Source of the DNA: Aquificaceae bacterium
Lineage (GTDB): Bacteria > Aquificota > Aquificia > Aquificales > Aquificaceae
Direction: 5' to 3'
NCBI GenBank assembly: GCA_039630345.1
Contig: JBCNVD010000003.1
Coordinates: 1-21,302 of the forward strand
DNA length: 21,302 nt
Below the pieces are notes generated by a model that was given only the letters and a program-made list of their open reading frames with translations, was not told the DNA's origin and made no database searches. Position 1 is the first letter of the stretch, and each line of letters begins with the position of its first letter. A program made the translations under genes and the position numbers. Positions 14,946-21,302 of the stretch are shown here, in pieces.

Positions 14946-16556
14946 ATGGCAGCAGTAACCCAGAAACCATACTTTAGCGCAGGCATCAAAGAGTGGATTT
15001 TCACAACAGACCACAAAAAGATAGGCATTATGTATGGCGTCACAAGCCTTTTGTTCTTCTTGATAGCGGGTCTTTCAGCGCTTGCGATAAGACTTGAGCT
15101 ATTTCAGCCAGGACTTCAATACCTTAATGAGGATCAATACAACAAAGCGCTTACTCTTCACGGCGTTTTGATGCAGTTTTGGTGGGCAGTAGGCATTTGG
15201 AGCTCTTTTGGAAACTATCTCCTTCCTCTGATGATAGGAGCCAGAGACGTTGCCTTTCCTCGCCTAAACGCCCTTAGCTACTGGCTGTTCTTCTCAGCAA
15301 GCGTGCTAGCTCTTCTTACCCTGCTTCCTGGCAATGCTATCAGAATGATGTGGACCGGGTATCCCCCATTTTCTCTCAACGAAAACGCAGGTCATGTTGC
15401 TTTTTATGCTCTCATAATTCATCTTCTTGGTGCGTCTTCTTTAGCTGGCGCTATAAACCTCGTTGTTACAAACCTCACAATGCGCGCACCTGGTATAAGC
15501 TTTAAGAAGATGAATATCTTCCTGCACTCTTTTCTCGCTATGAACGTCATTCAAATTCTTGGTGTGCCCGCTCTTGCAGGCGCAGTTACCATGCTGCTTA
15601 TGGATAAATACTTCAATACAGCCTTCTTTGACCCAGCAAGAGGAGGAGACCCGATTCTTTATCAAAACCTCTTCTGGTTTTACTCACATCCTGTCGTTTA
15701 TGTTATGATTCTTCCCGCCTTTGGTGTTATATCTGAGGTCATACCAACCTTCTCAAGGCGAGTAATTTACGGTCGCACTTCAATGATAATAGCTATATGG
15801 GGAATAGCAATCCTTGGCTTCATGGTTTGGGTCCATCACATGTTCACAAGTGGAATACCAAACTGGTTGAGAATAGTCTTCTCTTATACAACAGTCCTCA
15901 TAGGAGTCCCTACTGGAATAAAGATATTTAACTGGATATTCACTCTTTATAAAGGTTCTATCAGGTTTACAACCCCAATGCTATATGCTCTATCCGCGAT
16001 ATTTATGTTCCTCATAGGAGGTTTAACAGGAATACCTCTGGGTCTTCCTTCTTTCACAATAGGAGTTCACGACTCTCACTTTGTGGTAGGTCACTTTCAC
16101 TATGTTCTTGGTATGGCTCTGACCCTTGCTGCTTTTGCAGGCTTTTACTACTGGTTTCCAAAATACACCGGCAAGATGTTTAGTCAAACTTGGGCAAATA
16201 TAAGCCTTGTTCTTATAATGATTGGTTCAAATCTCTTTTACTTCCTGCAACTGATTGTAGGTCTTCAGGGTATGCCTCGCAGATATGCGGACTATCCAGC
16301 TATCGAAAGCTGGGTGCGTCTACATGAGCTGCAAACCATAGGCGCTGCAATTCTTGGTATAGGTATAGCCCTTGCAGTTCTTGGTCTTATCTACTCCGCA
16401 ATCTTTGGAAAACCCTCTCCGGAAAACCCATGGCAATCTCCCTCTGTCGAGTGGCTTATACCAACGCCACCTCCACCTCATAACTTTGATAAAATCCCTC
16501 ACATGCCAGAGGACTGGGACCCATACAACTATGACTGGCTTGAAAAGAGAAAGTAG
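14946..16556 (+). CDS. coxA: Cytochrome c oxidase subunit I, heme-copper oxidase type A2
   Basis: TDHKKIG (D-channel Asp), LHG, WFYSHPVVY (YS signature of A2), VWVHHM, PTGIKIFNW (K-channel Lys), HFHYV, GMPRRY. SD AAGGAGGT. Confidence 0.96.
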   Translation: MAAVTQKPYFSAGIKEWIFTTDHKKIGIMYGVTSLLFFLIAGLSALAIRLELFQPGLQYLNEDQYNKALTLHGVLMQFWWAVGIWSSFGNYLLPLMIGARDVAFPRLNALSYWLFFSASVLALLTLLPGNAIRMMWTGYPPFSLNENAGHVAFYALIIHLLGASSLAGAINLVVTNLTMRAPGISFKKMNIFLHSFLAMNVIQILGVPALAGAVTMLLMDKYFNTAFFDPARGGDPILYQNLFWFYSHPVVYVMILPAFGVISEVIPTFSRRVIYGRTSMIIAIWGIAILGFMVWVHHMFTSGIPNWLRIVFSYTTVLIGVPTGIKIFNWIFTLYKGSIRFTTPMLYALSAIFMFLIGGLTGIPLGLPSFTIGVHDSHFVVGHFHYVLGMALTLAAFAGFYYWFPKYTGKMFSQTWANISLVLIMIGSNLFYFLQLIVGLQGMPRRYADYPAIESWVRLHELQTIGAAILGIGIALAVLGLIYSAIFGKPSPENPWQSPSVEWLIPTPPPPHNFDKIPHMPEDWDPYNYDWLEKRK

Positions 16557-16560
16557 AAAT

Positions 16561-16581
16561 AGGGGGCTCTCCCCCTTTTTT
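16561..16581 (+). terminator. Intrinsic terminator of the cox operon
   Basis: AGGGGG-CTCT-CCCCCT followed by TTTTT, 4 nt after the coxA stop. Confidence 0.8.
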
Positions 16582-16588
16582 AATTAGG

Positions 16589-16741
16589 ATGAAGAACTTT
16601 ATTGTGGCAATTTCTCTTTTTTTAGTTTCCTCCCTGGCATTTCTTGCAAGCGCAATATATTTCTCCAATGCAGAACACAGAAAGGAAGTAATAGACAAAC
16701 ACAAAAAGCGCGTTGATAAAAAGTTTGAACAATCTCAATAA
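16589..16741 (+). CDS. Small hypothetical single-TM membrane protein (50 aa), not in the ORF track
   Basis: MKNFIVAISLFLVSSLAFLASAIYFSNAEHRKEVIDKHKKRVDKKFEQSQ*. Fills the whole gap and overlaps the convergent Omp85 gene by 7 nt. No well-spaced SD. Confidence 0.55.
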   Translation: MKNFIVAISLFLVSSLAFLASAIYFSNAEHRKEVIDKHKKRVDKKFEQSQ

Positions 16742-19308
16742 AAATATCCTACGGATAGAGATATACTAAACTTCCCTCTTTGGGGAGCATATGATAGATC
16801 AAATCTTGCGGGTCCCAAGGGAGTGGAAACACCGATCCCTGCGCCGAAGTTGTATTTGAAAGCTTTAAAAACCCCTCTAAAGTTTCTAGATGTGCTACCT
16901 GAATCTACAAAGATGGCCCCAACTATCGGGCTTTTTATGGTTTTTTGAGTCTCAAACCTCGAAAAAGCAAAGACATCACCGGGTCCAATAGATTCAAATT
17001 CAAACCCTCTTAAATCTTTTAAACCACCCAGGAAAAACTTCTCAAAAATAGGAGCATCGCCACTAATGCCTCCTCCTGAAACTTTAAAAATCAGGCTCAA
17101 ATCGCTCTGCAGTGGCAATAGTTCAAAGTGACTAAATTCTAATTTCCAGAATTTCTCACCTGAAAAAGAGCGCGAGAGTCTAAAGTCCGAAATGGAAAGA
17201 CGCCTGGGATTTATTATGTCGTCTTTTCTCTCAAAAATAGCAAATGCGGTAGTTTTAGCAACGCCAAATCTCTTTTTTTGTGCAATCACATGACCAAATA
17301 GCTGTGTAAGACCTATAGAAAAATCCCTGCCAACTCTAAACCCTATTTGAAGCCCTCCAACTTTCGAGTCAGTGCTGTAATTTCTTCTTTCTTCCTGGGC
17401 TTTATTTAAAAAAGCCTTCAAAAATAGCCTTGATGAAAAGAAAAACTCATCCCCAAACTCGAGCTTAAATCGCTCCTCTCTTGAGCTCTTTCTAAAGCTA
17501 AAGACAGAAGATGCGCCTATACCAAAGAGATTTTTCAAAGTGAAAACACCCTCTAGGAAAAACTTCTCCTCCGTGTTATAACCGAGTGATAAATCAATAG
17601 CTCCTCTTTCTTCTTCTGAGAGGATAATAAGCCTGTGAACCCTTTTGTTTTTTTCGTCAAGAAAGGTCTTTATCTCAACTCCAGAAAATATCCCACTTCT
17701 TAAAAAGTTATAAAGGGCATTTTCAGTAAGTCTATCCGAATAAAAGTCGCCTTTGGTATTCATATAAGAGACTTCATTTCCGGCAGTTTTTAAATACCCA
17801 TAAAACACTGTCTCGCCAAGACTAAATCTCTCACCCGGCGAGATTTTGTAAATATAGCTGTAATAAACCTCGTCTTCAAAATCTTCCACGATCACTTCCT
17901 GCTCGATAGATGGTTTTAAAAAGCCTCTCTCACCAAGGTCTTTTTTAATAGACATAATCAATTCTTCTAAAAATTTTGAGTCATATAAAATAGGTAACTT
18001 TTTTTCAATGGCTGAAAACTTATTTCTTATTCTTTCATCCTGAGTCTCTAATTTTATCGACTTTATGAACTGCTTTGGTCCTCTATCTATCACAAAATTG
18101 GCAAATACAGTTCTCGTTTCTCTTGAGATTGAAATCTCTGTTTTCCCCTCTGCCAGAACGAAACCCTGTGATTTAAGCTCGTTTAACCTACTTTCCAGCT
18201 CTTTCTCCAAGAACTCTTTCTCGTAAAATCCCACTATTTCTCCGTTTAAGTTGAGAAAATACCTATCGCCTTCTTCAATTTCAAAAAACACTCCATCCGG
18301 CAAAAGAGAATGTCTAACTCTAACATCAAAAAACCCCTTGGAGCGGTAAAACTCTTCTAAGGCAAGAGACGCTCTTTCTGCTGCAAATGGATCCACGCCG
18401 GTTTGTTTAAAACCAGTCTTTTTCAGGAGGAGCTCAGGAGCAAAGTTTTTAGCGCCTTCAAACCTGATTTCATAACGCTTTCCGGGCAATACCGTATAAA
18501 CCGCGTAAGCACCAAAGCCGCCTCCAGAAAGAGCTCTTAAAGTCCAAACAGGATGCTCAAAAAGATTGTTAAATCCTTCTGATATACTACCAAGTAGCTT
18601 AAGCGGTCTATTAAATAACTTCTCCTCTCCCGGCAATATTACCTCAAAAAAAGGTCTTTCTATTCTTAGTTTTTTTACTCCGGAATAATACACAAAAGCA
18701 TCAAAATAGCCCCTTTCTATGAGGTAATCCTGTAGTTTAAAGACCTCCTCTCTGAATTCTCCTTCTCTAAAAACTCTTCCCCTTACTGGTTTTAATATCT
18801 TTGTTAATTCTGTTTTAAGATTATTATCGCCTGATATTTCAACCCCAAGAGTGAAATACAAAGGTCCCTCAGAGAGCTCTGCCAATATGGTCGCAAAGCC
18901 AGAGCTGTCTATGCTTATAGAAACTCTAGCATTAACATCAAGAAATCCGCGGTCTTTGTAAAATTCCTCCAGCCTTAGTTTTATACTCTCCTCATCAATG
19001 TCTTTTAGAGGAATATCCCTCAAAAGCCCCAGATAAGCATTCAACTCCGCATCGGAAAAAGACCTAAGGCCTCTATAATTTACTCTGGATAAAATCGGGT
19101 ATCTCTCAACGAGGATAAGAGTTTCGTCCCCAACGCTTTCTACCTTAACGCTCTTTACTTCATCCAGGCTTGAGAGCATACCCAGTATAACTTCAAGGTT
19201 TTGAGGATTAACTACAGAAGAAAGATTATTATTTCTGAGGGGGTAATTAGAAGTTATTTTTATCTGAGCTAGACAGATAAAGGGGAGTAAAAGGACAGCA
19301 AATAACAT
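16735..19308 (-). CDS. Omp85-family outer membrane protein (BamA/TamA-like): POTRA repeats plus C-terminal beta-barrel
   Basis: POTRA signatures LEEFYKDRGFLD, YLIERGYFDA, LEEFYRSKGFFD, LGERGFL, RSGIFS. Barrel with LSLGYNT, KNLFGIG, FFLGGLKDLRGF (xRGF motif), GAGIGVSTPLGPARFD and an aromatic C-terminus (GYFY). Confidence 0.88.
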   Translation of the reverse strand: MLFAVLLLPFICLAQIKITSNYPLRNNNLSSVVNPQNLEVILGMLSSLDEVKSVKVESVGDETLILVERYPILSRVNYRGLRSFSDAELNAYLGLLRDIPLKDIDEESIKLRLEEFYKDRGFLDVNARVSISIDSSGFATILAELSEGPLYFTLGVEISGDNNLKTELTKILKPVRGRVFREGEFREEVFKLQDYLIERGYFDAFVYYSGVKKLRIERPFFEVILPGEEKLFNRPLKLLGSISEGFNNLFEHPVWTLRALSGGGFGAYAVYTVLPGKRYEIRFEGAKNFAPELLLKKTGFKQTGVDPFAAERASLALEEFYRSKGFFDVRVRHSLLPDGVFFEIEEGDRYFLNLNGEIVGFYEKEFLEKELESRLNELKSQGFVLAEGKTEISISRETRTVFANFVIDRGPKQFIKSIKLETQDERIRNKFSAIEKKLPILYDSKFLEELIMSIKKDLGERGFLKPSIEQEVIVEDFEDEVYYSYIYKISPGERFSLGETVFYGYLKTAGNEVSYMNTKGDFYSDRLTENALYNFLRSGIFSGVEIKTFLDEKNKRVHRLIILSEEERGAIDLSLGYNTEEKFFLEGVFTLKNLFGIGASSVFSFRKSSREERFKLEFGDEFFFSSRLFLKAFLNKAQEERRNYSTDSKVGGLQIGFRVGRDFSIGLTQLFGHVIAQKKRFGVAKTTAFAIFERKDDIINPRRLSISDFRLSRSFSGEKFWKLEFSHFELLPLQSDLSLIFKVSGGGISGDAPIFEKFFLGGLKDLRGFEFESIGPGDVFAFSRFETQKTIKSPIVGAIFVDSGSTSRNFRGVFKAFKYNFGAGIGVSTPLGPARFDLSYAPQRGKFSISLSVGYFY

Positions 19309-19336
19309 AAAAACCGGGCGCTTTTAATAGCGCCCG
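19309..19336 (-). terminator. Intrinsic terminator of the OmpA-domain gene
   Basis: On the - strand: CGGGCGCT-ATTAAA-AGCGCCCG-G-TTTTT, 7 nt after the stop codon. The U-tract abuts the ATG of the Omp85 gene. Confidence 0.75.
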
Positions 19337-19343
19337 TTATAAC

Positions 19344-20018
19344 TCACTTAACAAGGAACACTCTAACTACTCTTTGCTCTTTCCTATCCTTGCCTATTAA
19401 TTCAGCAACCTCCTTTCCATAGGCAGCAACTCTGATACGACCTATGCTTATGCCCCTACGGGCTAGCTCGCTAGCTACCATCTGCGCTCTATACATAGAG
19501 AGATTAAAGTTGTATCTGCTTCCGCCAACTGTGTCTGCAAAGCCAACCACAAGGACTTCTCTTATATCACCTCTTGCTTTGATTGACATATCGTCAATTT
19601 TTGCCATTTCGCTTTGTGAGATGTTAAACCTGTTAAAGGCAAATTTGACGGAGCCAATTTCCTCCAGCTGGGTTTTGTCGCCTATTCTTGCCTCGAGTGC
19701 TTTAATGCGTCTATCGTGGTCGCTAACAGTTGATTCAAGCTTTTTAACTCTACCATCCAGGTCGTTAACTCTCTTTAGCGCATCGTCTGCGCGCTTAAGT
19801 GCATCATCTGCTTTCCTGTTAGCAGCTTCTGCAAGACGCCTTGCTTCAATGATGGCGTCAAAATAGCCTTTGTAACATTTGTCAAGTTGCTGCTTGCTAA
19901 AGACCTCAGTAGGGCTACCACACGGGTCAAGAGGTCTCTGTCTTTGACCTTGCCCCCCTCGCTCCTGGGCAAAGACTATGCTTGATAGTAACGCTAAACC
20001 GAGAGCTACCCTCTTCAT
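19344..20018 (-). CDS. Secreted coiled-coil protein with C-terminal OmpA-like peptidoglycan-binding domain
   Basis: True start is ATG 20018 (AAAGGAGGT SD), not 20084. Signal peptide MKRVALGLALLSSIVFA; heptad coiled coil; OmpA_C motifs VKFAFN, VVGFADTVG, YNFNLSMYRAQMV, AYGKE, QRVV. Confidence 0.88.
   Translation of the reverse strand: MKRVALGLALLSSIVFAQERGGQGQRQRPLDPCGSPTEVFSKQQLDKCYKGYFDAIIEARRLAEAANRKADDALKRADDALKRVNDLDGRVKKLESTVSDHDRRIKALEARIGDKTQLEEIGSVKFAFNRFNISQSEMAKIDDMSIKARGDIREVLVVGFADTVGGSRYNFNLSMYRAQMVASELARRGISIGRIRVAAYGKEVAELIGKDRKEQRVVRVFLVK
19770..19811 (-). repeat. Imperfect 21-bp tandem duplication encoding ADDALKR x2
   Basis: GCAGATGATGCACTTAAGCGC / GCAGACGATGCGCTAAAGAGA; the differences are all synonymous. 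Confidence 0.8.
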
Positions 20019-20048
20019 CTTGTTACCTCCTTTAATGTACTGCTTGAG

Positions 20049-20077
20049 ATTATAACAACAAAACCAAAAAAGCGCAA
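20049..20077 (-). promoter_or_regulatory. Sigma70-type promoter of the OmpA-domain gene
   Basis: TTGCGC (20077-20072), 17-bp spacer, TATAAT (20054-20049) with an extended -10 TGn, 30 nt upstream of the ATG. Confidence 0.8.
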
Positions 20078-20080
20078 CTA

Positions 20081-20986
20081 TCAAACTTTTATTTTAATTT
20101 CGGATAGCAAATCCGTGATGACGCTATCTACTGCCTCGTCTTCGCGACTTAAAAGCCTGTGCTTTAAACAGGGTTCCAGAGTAAGGATAAGGTCTTCTGG
20201 CACAACAAAGTCCCTGCCGTTGATGAATGCCACTGCCTTGGCACATGAGCTCCAGTGCAGGAGAGCTCTTGTAGATACACCGGTTAGCAACCTTGGATGA
20301 CGCCTTGTGTGGTTGGCTATGCTTACCGAAATTGTTGCAACTTCCTTGGAGATAAAGACAGACTTAACAGCGTTTATTGCGCTATTAATTTCGTCCGGGG
20401 TTGTAATGCTCTTTAGTTTCTGAAGTTGCAAAGCAGGGTTTTCACCGACTAAGATACTGACCTCTGTTTCAAAATCCGGGTAGCCTATGCTTAATCTCAT
20501 GCTAAAGCGGTCAAGCTGTGATTCAGGAAGTGGATATGTGCCGGCTTGTTCAACAGGGTTCTGGGTTGCTATCACGAAAAATGGTTCAGGTAAAGGATAT
20601 GTATAACCATCAACACTCACTTTAGACTCTGCCATTGCCTCAAGCAACGCACTCTGGGTCTTTGCAGTAGCTCTATTTATCTCATCAGCCAGAACAATCT
20701 GGCTAAATATGGGGCCTTTTTTAAAAACAAATTCCTGCTTTTTTTGGTCAAATACACTTATACCTAAAATATCAGAGGGTAAAAGGTCTGAAGTAAACTG
20801 AATCCTTGAAAAGGAAAGACCCATCACCTTTGCAAGCGTGAGCGCAAGAGTAGTTTTGCCAACACCCGGAAGGTCTTCAAGTAGCAAATGTCCACCAGAT
20901 AAAAGACAGGCAAGCGAGAGCATTATTTTCTCTTCTTTACCGCGAAGCACAGAAGAGGCTTCTTTTATAATTTGTTTAAGATTCAT
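20081..20986 (-). CDS. moxR: MoxR-family AAA+ ATPase (MoxR-proper type)
   Basis: HLLLEDLPGVGKTT (Walker A), RIQFTSDLLPSD, LADEINRA (Walker B), KTQSALLEAM, ATQNP, YPLPESQLDRF, GRDFVVPED. Confidence 0.93.
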   Translation of the reverse strand: MNLKQIIKEASSVLRGKEEKIMLSLACLLSGGHLLLEDLPGVGKTTLALTLAKVMGLSFSRIQFTSDLLPSDILGISVFDQKKQEFVFKKGPIFSQIVLADEINRATAKTQSALLEAMAESKVSVDGYTYPLPEPFFVIATQNPVEQAGTYPLPESQLDRFSMRLSIGYPDFETEVSILVGENPALQLQKLKSITTPDEINSAINAVKSVFISKEVATISVSIANHTRRHPRLLTGVSTRALLHWSSCAKAVAFINGRDFVVPEDLILTLEPCLKHRLLSREDEAVDSVITDLLSEIKIKV

Positions 20987-21302
20987 GATATCATGATTTT
21001 ACCAAGCCCTGGCTGGAAGATTGTGAAGAAATTTTTTTTCCCTAGCGCCCTGTTTTTGCTCTGGTTTTTGTAAATTTTCCTGATGCGGATAGATGACAAA
21101 ACCCTTAGAACTCAGGCAAATTTATCTAAGCTCTGGAAAAGCCTTTAAGAGGTAAGATTCCAAGGAGCATGCCAAGCTGTATATTAAACACGCCAGCGCT
21201 ACCTTTCTGTGATAGATAATAAAACAGGAAAGTTTAAAACTAAATAAAGAGAAAAAGCTAAAAAAAGCCATAAAAACCGTTAACTGAGGGCAAATTTAGT
21301 CA

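Noticed and set aside
20019..20084. ORF-track N-terminal extension of the OmpA-domain gene
   Set aside because: This stretch contains the promoter and SD; the signal peptide begins at ATG 20018.
863..20300. Numerous short ORFs antisense or out-of-frame to the main genes (e.g. 2113-2406, 3250-3567, 5904-6236, 6303-6671, 11133-11444, 16372-16587, 16456-16704, 19444-19866)
   Set aside because: They lie wholly or largely within well-supported genes, have no motifs or SD, and look like shadow ORFs.
1..21302. CRISPR arrays, tRNA/rRNA, IS elements, integrases, defence or toxin-antitoxin genes, DnaA-box clusters
   Set aside because: By eye I found no spaced repeats, cloverleafs, terminal inverted repeats or matching protein motifs.

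Overview
Very gene-dense bacterial core-chromosome window with many stop/start overlaps. The protein set (C-type MnmA, ~250-aa RNase HIII, stand-alone nuoG, GltB without gltD, A2-type coxC-sco-coxB-coxA) resembles Aquificota/Aquificaceae; this is an inference from protein character, not a database hit. Order: partial nadE (-), gltB, MFS transporter and ZnuB-like permease (+); rnhC, nuoG, a YcnK-like DeoR-HTH/NosL regulator, rlmB, mnmA and a hypothetical gene (all -); the cytochrome c oxidase operon and an unannotated 50-aa membrane ORF (+); an Omp85/BamA-family gene, a coiled-coil OmpA-domain gene and a MoxR ATPase (all -); then ~315 nt without a convincing ORF. No tRNA, rRNA, CRISPR or mobile element was seen, and no clearly novel multi-gene system is demonstrable. 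The best leads are small-scale: (i) a candidate ~80-nt C-rich anti-Shine-Dalgarno sRNA or G-quadruplex antisense to the rlmB 3' end, next to a putative copper regulator; (ii) a probable CTG start codon directly after an in-frame amber stop; (iii) a missed small membrane protein after coxA; (iv) a strongly promoted OmpA-domain protein with an Lpp-like coiled coil but no visible membrane anchor; (v) several SD-less starts placed directly behind hairpins or -10 hexamers.
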